Shown here: piece by piece, positions 37,058 through 50,600 of the stretch
Layout: every line of letters starts with the position of its first letter
Numbering within the stretch: the first letter of the stretch is position 1
Assembly: GCA_002269645.1 (NCBI GenBank)
Contig: NIVC01001630.1
Coordinates: 186,001-250,000, forward strand
Direction of reading: 5' to 3'
Length of the DNA stretch: 64,000 nucleotides
Source of the DNA: Macrostomum lignano
Lineage: Eukaryota
Notes under the pieces: model-generated
The model's input: the letters and a program-made list of their open reading frames with translations, nothing else
Databases searched by the model: none
Told to the model about the DNA's origin: nothing
Made by a program: the position numbers and the translations under genes

Positions 37058-40000
37058 TTACGAGCTTCTCCTTGCATCTTGCTGATCTTCTACTCCGGAA
37101 ACAGCACTGGCTGCAGCAATGCCAACGCTCCCAGTTCCCGTACTATCAATAGTCGCCGGCTCAACATCAGTGAAACTACTCAAGTGAGTAGTATAACGCT
37201 GGTGCTGCTGCTGTTGCTGGTGATGATGAGTAACCGATATTGTTGTGGTCAATAACGACTCCATATCGCCGCTACTCCTAGTATAGTGTAATTGCTGGCT
37301 GCTATTGCTACTAATAGTTGAGTAGCTGCTGGTTGCTATGGCAACAGTTGCCGAGCGTTGTTGCTGTTGATGCACCGGATGCTGCTGATGATGATTACGC
37401 AATCGTACTGCGTCGACGCTGGTTTGAGGCTGCAGGGACGGAGCGCTGGGTTGCAGAGCGACCGTCTTCTGCTGCTGCAGCTGTTGTTGCTGCTGCTGCA
37501 GCTGTGCCGCAAGCAGAATCCTGGCCTGCGAAATTCGATCACTCCACTCGTCCGTTGCCTTCTGACTATCGCAGGCGAGGCACATCAGGCAGTCAACGCT
37601 GCCAAAATCAGTGAGAGCCACTAGAAGTAAGGAATCTGTGGAGAAGAAATTCGGTTTAAAATTCGGTTTCGGTTCGAAGAATCGAAGCATCCCAGCAACT
37701 CTCAATTGAGCCTTGGCATCTCAGCAACTCTCCATTGAGCCATGGCATTTCAGCAACTCCCACATTGACCCTGGCATCTCAGCAACTCTCAATTGAGCCA
37801 TGGCATCACAGCAACTCTCCATTGAGCCAATTGGCATCTCAGCAACTCCCCATTGAGCCAATTGGCATCTCAGCAACTCCCCATTGAGCCATAGCATCTC
37901 AGCAACTCTCAATTGAGCCTTGGCATCACAGCAACTCTCAATTGAGCCTTGGCATCTCAGCAACTCCCCATTGAGCCATGGCATCTCAGCAACTCCCCAT
38001 TGAGCCATAGCATCTCAGCAACTCCCCATTGAGCCATAGCATCTCAGCAACTCCCCATTGAGCCAATTGGCATCTCAGCAACTCCCCATTGAGCCATAGC
38101 ATCTCAGCAACTCCCCATTGAGCCATGGCATCTCAGCAACTCTCCATTGAGCCGTGACATCTCAGCAAAATTATTTTAACCATATGTGGCCTTGGCATGA
38201 TGGACGCTCGAAAAATTCTCAACAACCACGAGATGACTCGTATGCAGCATGTAGCTTTACTGTATTGAATCTGATTGAAACTCACTATTTGGGTCGCTCA
38301 GCTTGTGCAACACAAGCCGGTCCAGACGCAGCGGCGGTCTTAGCAACCGAAGACTGTTGCGCTTGCTGCTTTTGGCTAGGAGCAGCAGATCGGTGAACAG
38401 CAGGCACTTGGCGTCGTTCCACTGAGTTCGTAGGGTAGAATAGAAATTTTTGTTTAAAATGGTGGAACAAAAACATGTCTGATTTATTAATTTAATAGCC
38501 AGTGTAATAACTGTGCTATAATCTGTAAATAGCTATATGTAGGATTTAGCACACTCAACCAGCTAAATGACTGCAAGATAATCAAGTAGCTCAAGTGGTC
38601 AAGGTGAATGCCTTGCTCACCTTCCCCTTTTCGTCCTTGAATCTGACGTCGCCTTCAGAGATTCTCCTCCTCAACTGTCCATTGTGCGGCATTGGCCTCA
38701 TCAAGTTGAGCCTGTAGGACTCCAGCACAGTTGCAGTCTCGTCTCCCAGGCCGTCGATCCAGTCAGGCAGCTTGGCGTCCTCGATTCGATCCGCCACTCC
38801 TCGCAGCTCTGCCTGGTCGCATTTGGCCCGATATGTGGAGTTCAACTCGTTGCAGAACGACGTCACGTGACTGATCTGTTGTCAAAAAATAAGAAACTCA
38901 GGCCCGTTGCGTATTGCAAAAATTATTTCACAAGCGCGACATTTGCCCTGACTTTCTAATCGTCAACAAACCCTCAACCCTCAAAATGAATGCATGAGTT
39001 AATCAGCTCTTATCTAAGACAAATTTACTCATGTCAAAAGTTAAACCAACCATCGATTCCAAAGCAAGCCGTTCCTCTCCATCTTCGGTGTGTCGCAGAA
39101 TCTCCTGCAGCAGCAGGCCGTACTTCATCACCCGCTGTAGGGGCATGGTGAGCAGTGAGCCAAGCTGCAGGTCCACCGCACCGTCCTCGGAGTTGTAATT
39201 TCGCTGGCTGACTCTCTGCGCCCACTGGAACGAGTGGCGGTGGTCGCATAGTGAAATTTAATCTCGTAAATTTTTGTTAAAATGACTATTCAAACTCGAA
39301 AGTGAGATTAAGGCAACAATGCATTTGAAATTAGGAGTGTAAAATGACGAAAAGTAAAATGGCGCCCAATACTGGGGAAAATTGGCGCTAAATGTTGGAG
39401 TAGAATGGCGCCAAATGTTGGGATCGAAAGGCGCCAAATGTTGGAGTAGAATGGCGCCAAATGTTGGGATGGAATGGCACCAAATGTTGGGGTAGAATGG
39501 CGCCAAATGTTGGGATGGAAAGGCGCCAAATGTTGGAGTAGAATGGCGCCAAATGTTGGGATGGAATGGCACCAAATGTTGGGGTAGAATGGCGCAAAAT
39601 GTTGGGATGGAATGGCACCAAATGCTGGGGTAGAATGGCGCAAAATGTTGGGATGAAATGGCACCAAATGTTGGGATGGAAAGGCGCCAAATGTTGGGAT
39701 GGAATGGCGCCAAATGTTGGGGTAGAATGGCGCCAAACGTTGGGATGGAATGGCGTTAAATGTTGAGGTATAATGGCGCCAAATTTTGGGATAGAATGGC
39801 GCGTATATTTTGGTATAGTGGTACCTGAAAGTTTGAGTCGAATATCGTGAGCAAACACTACTTTAAGTAAATTTAATAGAATTTCAATTCGCAAATGACA
39901 GTTGTACCTTAAGAAAGTCTGCAAACACTTCGTTCTTTTCCAGAATCTTTAAGTAGTCCTTGGCCTCGGCAATTCGCAGGCAGTACTGCGCTGACGGGGC

Positions 40001-43000
40001 GAATATTTCGCGGAAACTCGTGAAGCCTCGATAGAACGCTGTCGGTCGCATTGGCAACCCAGACTGTCTGGCTGACACCAGAGCCGGTTGCAGGTGCTCT
40101 GTCCAGAGGGCCCGGTGAGCCTGGAAGACTGGCAGGATGCCGGGAAACAGCTGGTCGGAGCTGACGTCAGCCAGGAGATTTGCGCTGCTCTGCAGGTGCC
40201 TCAGGACCGTCATGTGCACCTGCATTTGCGGGGAGGGGGGTGGTGTGTCTCAGTGTGTGTCTCAGTGTGTGGCTCAGTGTGTATCTCAGTGTCTGTCTCA
40301 GTGTGTGTCTCAGTGTGTGGCTCAGTGTCTGTCTCAGTGTCTGTCTCAGTGTGTGTCTCAGTGTGTGTCTCAGTGTGTCTCAGTGTGTGTCTCAGTGTGT
40401 GTCTCAGTGTCTGTCGCAGTGTCTGTCTCAGTGTCTGTCTCAGTGTCTGTCTCAGTGCCTGTCTCAGTGCCCATCTTTCTCATCTTCTGACCCAATCGCA
40501 GCAATCCCAAATCTTCCGAAAGCACCAAAGCTGAATCTTATATGCACTCAGAGTTCACCAATTTATGAGTGCTAATCTGCAAATGGGAATAATATTGATC
40601 CTAAATCCCTAATGTGCTGTGATCTGTAACCCGCTGCCTCCAGCAAAAATACTGAATGCAACCAGAAACTTATATATGATCATGCACGCAGTTTGGAATT
40701 ATCTTTCGATCTGTTGAGAGCCATGAGTGAATATTTTTCAATCAGTATCCATTTTTGCTTCATCAACTGAGTCGACTCAAGGGTCAGATCCGCTTCATCA
40801 TATATCTGAACCGAATATGTTCTCGAATATCTCCGAATCAGTAAGAGAGAAGTAGAGTGGGAGAGTAGTAGATTGGAAGAGAAGTAGAGTGGGAGAGAAG
40901 TAGATTGGAAGAGAAGTAGAGTGGGAGAGAAGTAGAGTGGGAGAGAAGTAGAGTGGGAGAGAAGTAGAGTGGGAGAGAAGTAGATTGGAGGAGAAGTAGA
41001 GTGAAAGGAGAAGTAGAGTGGAAGGAGAAGTAGAGTGGGAGGAGAAGTAGAGTGGGAGGAGAAGTAGAGTGGGAGGAGAAGTAGAGTGGGAGGCAAGCAG
41101 AGTGTACAGAGAAATTGAGAATCACAAGTTTGAGAAGGCTGCTCACCTCAATAATAGTCTTCAGGTGCCTCAAAATATTGACCTCAGTCTGCAGCAGCTC
41201 CCAGATTGCCGCCTGCTGTTTCACAGCTTTGGCGGTTGTTGTGTTCTGGAAGCAGTGGTTTGTTCAAGCATTCGGTGGTTCTTTTAAAACTCAGAAATGC
41301 AGCAGCTCAGGCATAAAACTCACCTCTGGAGCTACAACCCGATCCCAGGAGGGCTCGAGCTCGAGACCTAGCGACTCCAATTGTTCTTGATTGTCAGGCT
41401 TTGGCATTGCCGAGCTGTGCTCACAGAGTCTCAAGCAGTCAGCCAGTTTGTCTCGATTGTCCTGAGGGGTTTAAAAGTTATTGAGTTTTATCACCTGGTT
41501 GATCTATTATTTGCTGTCAAACGAATTTTTATAAAAAATTTTAAAAAGGTTTTTTGATGCATCGATTTTTTAAAACTGACACCGTGCGACTTAAATATTT
41601 GACCTGCAAATCGAAATAAAATTTTATTTAGACATAACCTTACTTAGACACAACCTCATTCGGACACAACCTCACTCGGACACAACCTCACTCGGACACA
41701 ACCTCATTCAGACACAACCTCACTCGGACACAACCTCACTCGGACAAAACCTCACTCGGACACAACCTCACTCGGACACAACCTCATTCAGACACAACCT
41801 CACTCGGACACAACCTCACTCGGACACAACCTCACTCGGACACAACCTCACTTGGACACAACCTCACTCGGACACAACCTCAACCTCACTCGGACACAAC
41901 CTCACTCGGACACAACCTCAACCTCACTCGGACACAACCTCACTCGGACACAACCTCAACCTCACTCGGACACAACCTCACTCGGACACAACCTCAACCT
42001 CACTCGGACACAACCTCACTCGGACACAACCTCAACCTCACTCGGACACAACCTCACTCGGACACAACCTCAACCTCACTCGGACACAACCTCACTCGGA
42101 CACAACCTCAACCTCACTCGGACACAACCTCACTCGGACACAACCTCAACCTCACTCGGACACAACCTCAACCTCACTCGGACACAACCTCAACCTCACT
42201 CGGACACAACCTCACTCGGACACAACCTCAACCTCACTCGGACATAACCTCACTCGGACACAACCTCAACCTCACTCGGACACAACCTCAACCTCACTCG
42301 GACATAACCTCACTCGGACACAACCTCACTCGGACACAACCTCACTCGGACACAACCTCACTCGGACACAACCTCACTCGGACACAACCTCAACGAAAAC
42401 TTGTTGGACAATATGCAGCACATAGATTTGAGAAAGCACTACCCGTTATAATACAAGATAGATATAATCAGTTCTTTGCGTTTTATGCACTAAAGTTTGG
42501 TGCTCTCTCCAACCACCGATTAAATTCGAGTTTTTCCGCCTAGAAAACTGAAAAAACCCTCTGTCCAAGCAACCGCTGAACGAAGTTGGCTGGCTGAATT
42601 GCGTCGCCACTTCAATATTGAGTGTTGATGCTGCTGCAGCTGCTGCAATTGCTGAAGAATGAAACAACGGATTGATAGTACGAGTGCCATCACAGATTTA
42701 TGCTTATTCCCGTTATCCCCCAGCACGCGAACGGTGCACCTGGTGCCAGATAGATAGAGACATAGATAGAGAGATAGAGATAGATCATGTAGAAATAGAG
42801 AGATAGGAGAAATGCCAGGAGAGGGAACAAAGGAGAAGATAGGAGAGAAGAGGTTAGAGAAAACAGAGGTGAGAAGAGAGTAGAGAAGAGATTAGAGAGA
42901 ACGGAGGTGAGAAGAGAGTAGAGAAGAGATTAAAGAGAACGGAGGTGAGAAGAGAGTAGAGAAGAGATTAGAGAGAACGGAGGTGAGAAGAGAGGAGAGA

Positions 43001-44262
43001 AGAGATTAGAGCGAACGGAGGTGAGAAGAGAGGAGAGAAGAGATTAGAGAGAACGGAAGTGAGAAGAGAGGAGAGAAGAGATTAGAGCGAACGGAGGTGA
43101 GAAGAGAGGAGAGAAGAGATTAGAGCGAACGGAGGTAAGAAGAGAGGAGAGAAGAGATTAGAGAGAACGGATGTGAGAAGAGAGGAGAGAAGAGGTTAGA
43201 GAAAACAGAGGTGAGAAGAAAGGAGAGAAGAGAGGAGAGAAGAGATTAGAGAGAACGGATGTGAGAAGAGAGTAGAGAAGAGATTAGAGAGAACGGAGGT
43301 GAGAAGAAAGGAGAGAAGAGATTATGTAAACTTTTTAGTGCATCCGCTTCCAGTTTCCTTGATGCAACCAAGAAAACCTACCGCATTGCTTCCCTAAAAA
43401 ACAACAGCGAGCCCACACCATGGTCAATCTAACTTCAAGCCCGTGGTGTTTTCAAGTTAAACAGTTCCTAGGCTTCTATGCTATAAAAAGTTTAGATTAG
43501 AAGGAGTCATTTCAGTTCACCCCCGGAGGACCCGAGTTAGTGGGAGTTTTTGCTCAATCAGTCGCTGGTAGGTGTCCGGGAGAGTGGCACTCACGATCCC
43601 GCTCAGCAGGGGGTTGGCGTTGCGTCTCTCCGAGATCCCCCCGCTGCCTCCACTACCGCCGCCTCGTCCCCTGAGAGCCAGCAGTCGATCATCTCGTTCT
43701 GAAGTGCAAAACGAGTGAGTCGCCAGGTGAGCCAAGCTGCATAATGCGATGCAGTGCAAACTGAAATCGGGTCTTTAGTGAGAAAAAAACTGGAAAAATG
43801 AGAGAATTTTTCGAAATAATCGATTCTCAAGGAGACCGCGCAGGAATACACAAGTCATTAACAAGAATTTTACAGACTAGTAGTTTGATAACTCGTAAAA
43901 AATTAGCACCTTAATCCTCTAAGCCTAAATTACTTAGCTAAATGCAACGACCTCTTCTCTCCAAGAGAGAAATCTTAATTTATCTTTCGTAGGATCGATA
44001 TCTGATTTACAGAAAAAACTTAACAACTTGTGATGAGGGATTAGCGGTTTTTTTGTTTTACTTGACCGAAGATTAGAGGTTTTTTGCGTTTAGGCAGAAG
44101 CAATAACGATTTTAGGAAAAACAGACAATGAGAAATATACACAGGGAGAGAGATAGACAGGCTGAGAGGTATACAGGCTAAGAAGTAGGCAGAAAGAGAG
44201 AGAACGAGAGTGAGAGAGAGAGAGTGACAGGGGGAAAAAGAGAGAGTGAGACAGAGAGGAAG

Positions 44263-44294
<32 letters not shown>

Positions 44295-44330
44295 GAGTGA
44301 GAGAGATACAGTAAGAGAGAGTGAAAGAGA

Positions 44331-44380
<50 letters not shown>

Positions 44381-44591
44381 GAGAGAGAGATAAAAGAGAG
44401 AAATGAGAGATATGAGAGAGAGAGAGATGAAAGAGAGATATGAGAGATATGAGAGGTAGAGAGAGAGAAGAGAGGTCACGGCGTGTTAAATTATTTAATT
44501 GAAAGTAGGCCACCGGTTTCAAGCCTCTGGGCTCTTCGTCAGGCCAAAAATCTCTCTCTCAGGAGAGAGAGATGAAAGAGAGGTATGAGAG

Positions 44592-44665
<74 letters not shown>

Positions 44666-47600
44666 GAGAGGGAGAGGGGGAGAGAGGTAGACAGAGGGAG
44701 GTAGACAGTGAGGTTTACGACCGAGACAGAAATGGAAGCATAGGAAGACAACGACAGAAAGAATTCGCTTGAAAAGGGGAAGAAGTGGGAAGCACAGAAC
44801 CATCCAATAATCGCTATAGATTATCAGCTTACAAAACCAGCACAAATATGCGATCAATCAATAGACAGACAAATCAGTGCAAAAAGAAACTGCAGATTAA
44901 AGCATATCTAACAATGTCTTTGCATATTCTTTGAACGAATTAAATCAATAAGCAGATTATGGATCAAAGAGAATAGCAGTGCGAGATGCAGCTATAGCAA
45001 GGAGCTGCCTGCACTTCAGCCTTACGTGTTTCAATTATCTTTCAACTGACAACCGCAATAAAAAGTCAGTACTGTTTTGGGCGCGGGAGGGCTTTGCCGG
45101 ATCTTGACTTCTCGGCGATAGAGTGGGCGATTTAAATGCTGGATAAAAGAAGTGTAGAGTTTATGAGGCCACATTCGACCTACGTGTCACGCCAGCGCCA
45201 TTGCACGTTATAAATTATTTAAAACTGAGTCTGCCAGCCCCCAATTTCAGTTTCTCACGGTGGATTGAAAGTAAAAGTTAAAAGCACCCTCAGATATTTA
45301 TGAGTGAACTAAATTCTGAGATTTTAAATTCACTGTTTTGTATAGAAACCAGCATCAATTGATGGCATAAAAATTTAGACATGAGTGCGGTTTAAGTTCA
45401 TGAGTTGGAAACCAGTTTATGAGTGAGACCATGAGTGTGTTCATGAGTGAGTTCATGAGTGAGTATCTGAGTGAGACCATGAGTGAGTTCATGAGTGAGT
45501 TCATGAGTGAGTATCTGAGTGAGACCATGAGTGAGTTCATGAGTGAGGTCATGAGTGAGTTTCTGAGTGAGACCATGAGTGTGTTCATGAGTGAGTTCAT
45601 GAGTGAGTTTCTGAGTGAGACCATGAGTGAGTTCATGAGTGAGTTCATGAGTGAGTTTCTGAGTGAGACCATGAGTGAGTTCATGAGTGAGGTCATGAGT
45701 GAGTTCATGAGTGAGGTCATGAGTGGGTTCAAGAGTGAGTTCATAAGTGAGTTCATGGGTGAGTTTATGAGTGAGTTCATGAGTGAGCTCATGAGTGACA
45801 TCATTAGTGAGTTCATGATTGACATCATGAGTGAGTTCATAAGTGACATCATGAGTGAGATCATGAGTGACATCAGTAGTGACATCATGAGTGAGTTAAT
45901 GAGTTATTTCACGAGTGAGTTCATGAGTGAGTTCATAAGAGAGCTCTGATCGTGTGCATGACTGAGCTAATGATCTAGAATCAATGAATTAAAACCTCAG
46001 CATGCATAAAAACGTTAACGCCCCAGTTCCTACCTGACGATTTCAAATCTTCAATTGGTTTATGAAAAAATTGCTGAGCAAAGATTCCAGCCATATTGGT
46101 TGGCAGGGCTCCCCCAACCTGCCTGCCGCCACTGCCAGTTGTCGAGGCAGGTGACTGCGAAGCGCCTTCCAAGTCTGAGCCTTCACTGCGTTTCATGACT
46201 TGTTTAGAGAAGCTTTCTCGGTAGGTTGTGACTCTTTCTCGCAACAAAGGCGCTTGATATGGAGTCCTTAAGTGTTCTGTTATACTGCATTGGTGTCTAA
46301 CTTGGGCCGTAGGCATTGGCTCACACCTTAGCATTAGCTGGGCATTGGTCAATCACTTCCACTGGTGGAGGGATTTTCCGTTTCAAGAAAGCTGGGGAAA
46401 CTGGAGTGTCATTAATATGGATGTCAGGAATATGGGTGTCAGGAATATGGGTGTCAGAAATATGGGTGTCAGAAATATGGGTGTCAGGAATATGGGTGTC
46501 AGGAGTATGGGTGTCAGGAATAATGTTGTCAGGAATATGGGTGTCAGAAATATGGGTGTCATTAATATGGGTGCGAGGAATATGGGTGTCAGGTATTTGG
46601 GTGTCAGGAGTATGGGTGTCAGGAATGTCAGGAATATGGGTGTCAGGAGTATTGGTGTCAGGAATATGGGTGTCAGAAATATGGGCGTCAGGAGTATTGG
46701 TGTCAGGAATATTGGTGTCAGGAATATGGGTGTCAGGAATATGAGTGTCAGGAGTATGGGTGTCAGAAATAATGTTGTCAGGAATATGGGTGTCAGGAAT
46801 ATGGGTGTCGGGAATATTCTGTGTCAAAAGTATGGGTGTCAGGAATGTCAGGAATATGGGTGTCAGGAGTATTGGTGTCAGGAATATGGGTGTCAGAAAT
46901 ATGGGCGTCAGGAGTATTGGTGTCAGGAATATGAGTGTCAGGAGTATGGGTGTCAGGAATAATGTTGTCAGGAATATGGGTGTCAGGAATATGGGTGTCG
47001 GGAATATTCTGTGTCAAAAGTATGGGTGTCAGGAATGTCAGGAATATGGGTGTCAGGAGTATTGGTGTCAGGAATATGGGTGTCAGAAATATGGGCGTCA
47101 GGAATATTGGTGTCAGGAATATGAGTGTCAGGAGTATGGGTGTCAGGAATATGGGTATCAGGAATATGGGTATCAGGAATATGCGTGTTAGGAATATGGG
47201 TGTTAGGAATATGGGTGTCAGGAATATGGGTGTCAGAAATATGGGTGTCGGGAATATGGGTGTCGGGAATATTCTGTGTCAAAAGTATGGGTGTCAGGAA
47301 TATGATTGTCAGGAATATGGGTATCAGGAATATGGGTATCAGGAATATGCGTGTCAGGAATATGGGTGTTAGGTATTTGGGTGTCAGGAGTATGGGTGTC
47401 AGAAATATGGGTGTCAGGAGTATTGGTGTCAGGAATATGGGTGTCAGAAATATGGGTGTCAGGAATATGAGTGTCAGGAGCATGGGTGTCAGGAAAAATG
47501 GTGTCAGAAATATGGGTGTCAGGAATATGGGTGTCAGGAATATGGGTGTCAGGAATATGGGTGTCAGGAGTATTGGTGTCAGGAATATGGGTGTCAGGAA

Positions 47601-50600
47601 TATTGGTGCCAGGAGTATGGGTGTCAGGGTCACTAATAATAATAAAGAGGCCGTTATAACAATTACTTAAATGGTTGAAGATCAAACAGCAGACTTATTG
47701 CAGACAGAAGTTTTAGAACAGAGCCAAGAGCAGTCTAAATCATTAATTAATCATAAAAATTCGAAAAAAAGTGCAAACAAAAATGCATCTGGGAAACTCA
47801 CCACCGCAAGCAGACTTGCTTGGCTGCACCAGAAAGCTCAACAAGGCGTCATTGGCGAGTAACTTCTGCCTTCTGTCGTCTTTGCTTCCATTGTATAAGA
47901 ATGTATTTAAGGACGTTTTTCGTCTGTGATGCTTGGCAGCGGTAGCATCAGTAGTATGCTTGGCAAATATGTTTGGCAAACTGCCAATATTCATATTTAT
48001 TAAATAGTCTATGGTCTTGATTGAGAAACTGTTTTGACTGTCTCGGAATTAAAAAGCTTTTGAATTTAGCATGCGCATTTATATTATACTTTGCCATGAA
48101 TATTTGGCCAATATTTGTGTCATAACCCAGATTTCACCCACACTGCTATTATATATCTATCCACTGACAGTTTGTTTTACAGTACTGACAGTTCAACTTC
48201 AATAAGCCATGGAAACTGTGCAATCGGATACTAAAACAAAGCTGTTATAACAATTTACTCACGTGACAGAATAACAATACTGCTCATTCAAACAACTTGT
48301 TAGTTAGTGGCTTAAACAGACACAGGCGTAAAAACTTGTTTAAATTGCTGGATTTTTAGCCTATTTAGAGAAGGTAATTTTTAATTCCTTGGGCGATTCG
48401 TACTACTTTTTAAAAGTAGTTTGGTCAGCTTTGTTAGATTTCACGTGTCAGTTTTAAAAAATCTTATATATATGTTTATTTATTTTTATAGATGTACCTA
48501 CAACACATTGGTTCTTTCTGAGAATTGCGTTTTTGAAGTGGAGTGAGGTAGAGGGACACAGTGAGGGAGACGGAGAGAGTGAGGGAGAGGGTGTGTGGGG
48601 CAGAGAATGGTGCAGTGAGGGAGACGGAGAGAGTGAGGGAGAGGGTGTGTGGGGCAGACAATGGTGCAGTGAGGGAGAGGGTGTGTGGAGAGAGAATGGT
48701 GCAGTGAGGGAGACGGAGGGAGTGAGGGAGAGGGTGTGTGGGCAGAGAATGGTGCAGTGAGGGAGAGGGTGTGTGGGGCAGACAATGGTGCAGTGAGGGA
48801 GAGGGTGTGTGTGGGGCAGACAATGGTGCAGTGAGGGAGAGGGTGTGTGGGCAGAGAATGGTGCAGTGAGGGAGAGGGTGTGTGGGCAGAGAATGGTGCA
48901 GTGAGGGAGAGGGTGTGTGGGGCAGAGAATGGTGCAGTGAGGGAGAGGGTGTGTGGGGCAGACAATGGTGCAGTGAGGGAGAGGGTGTGTGGGCAGAGAA
49001 TGGTGCAGTGAGGGAGAGGGTGTGTGGGGCAGAGAATGGTGCAGTGAGGGAGAGGGTGTGTGTGGGGCAGACAATGGTGCAGTGAGGGAGAGGGTGTGTG
49101 TGGGGCAGAGAATGGTGCAGTGAGGGAGAGGGTGTGTGGGGCAGAGAATGGTGCAGTGAGGGAGAGAGTGTGTGGAGAGAGAATGGTGCAGTGAGGGAGA
49201 CGGAGAGAGTGAGGGAGAGGGTGTGTGGGGCAGACAATGGTGCAGTGAGGGAGAGGGTGTGTGGGGCAGAGAATGGTGCATTGAGGGAGAGGGTGTGTGC
49301 AGAGAGAATGGTGCAGTGAGGGAGAGGGTGTGTGGGGCAGAGAATTGTGCAGTGAGGGAGAGGGTGTGTGGGGCAGACAATGGTGCAGTGAGGGAGAGGG
49401 TGTGTGTGGGGCAGACAATGGTGCAGTGAGGGAGAGGGTGTGTGGGCAGAGAATGGTGCAGTGAGGGAGAGGGTGTGTGGGGCAGAGAATGGTGCAGTGA
49501 GGGAGAGGGTGTGTGGGGCAGAGAATGGTGCAGTGAGGGAGAGGGTGTGTGTGGGGCAGACAATGGTGCAGTGAGGGAGAGGGTGTGTGGGCAGAGAATG
49601 GTGCAGTGAGGGAGAGGGTGTGTGGGGCAGAGAATGGTGCAGTGAGGGAGAGGGTGTGTGTGGGGCAGACAATGGTGCAGTGAGGGAGAGGGTGTGTGGG
49701 GCAGAGAGAATGGTGCAGTGAGGGAGAGGGTGTGTGGGGCAGAGAATGATGCAGTGAGGGAGAGGGTGTGTGTGGGGCAGACAATGGTGCAGTGAGGGAG
49801 AGGGTGTGTGGGGCAGAGAATGGTGCAGTGAGGGAGAGGGTGTGTGTGGAGAAAGAATGGTGCAGTGAGGGAGAGGGTGTGTGGGGCAGAGAATGGTGCA
49901 GTGAGGGAGAGGGTGTGTGGGGCAGAGAATGGTGCAGTGAGGGAGAGGGTGTGTGGGGCAGACAATGGTGCAGTGAGGGAGAGGGTGTGTGGGGAGAGAA
50001 AGGTCAGTTGTCTCAGTTTAGTCAGTTGTCTCAGTTTAGCCTCTCTGCAATCCAGTATTCAGCCAAGCAAACCTTAGTTTTCTTTCGACTTCGACCTCCA
50101 GCGGAGTTGGACTTGACGTGATGCACCTGCGGAGGCTGCGACAACGAAGTCAGACTCGCGACGGCTCCACCTGGCGACGCTGCGGATTGATCTGCTGGCA
50201 GACTCTCCTGACTACCGGGTGCGCCAGTGATCCTGTGAGTCAAGCTAGTCAGGCTGTCGTGCAGCACTCTCAGATGATTCGAATCGGTGACTGAACGACG
50301 TTTCTGCACGTTATCCATGCTTTGGGCGATTCGACTGGCGATTCTGCTCACTGAAGAGTCTGCGAGCAGCAGGCCGGTGTCTGAGCCGGAGTGCGAGTGC
50401 ACCGCCATGGCGGTGCCCGACTGCAGCGGCGTTGGCGACGGGGCCTGACTCCAGCTCGCTGGGGCCAGGGGGCATTGGTCCATGGAGAGCTGGCGGGGGG
50501 AGGGGTAGAAGGTAGGGTTGTGGGGTCAGCCTGTACTGTAGGGTTGTGGGGTCAGCCTGTACTGTAGGGTTGTGGGGTCAGCCTGTACTGTAGGGTTATG

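Noticed and set aside
40680-40840. Unique island as an extra RhoGEF exon
   Set aside because: Flanking exons already join in phase to give a continuous DH domain; insertion would split it and the donor is weak.
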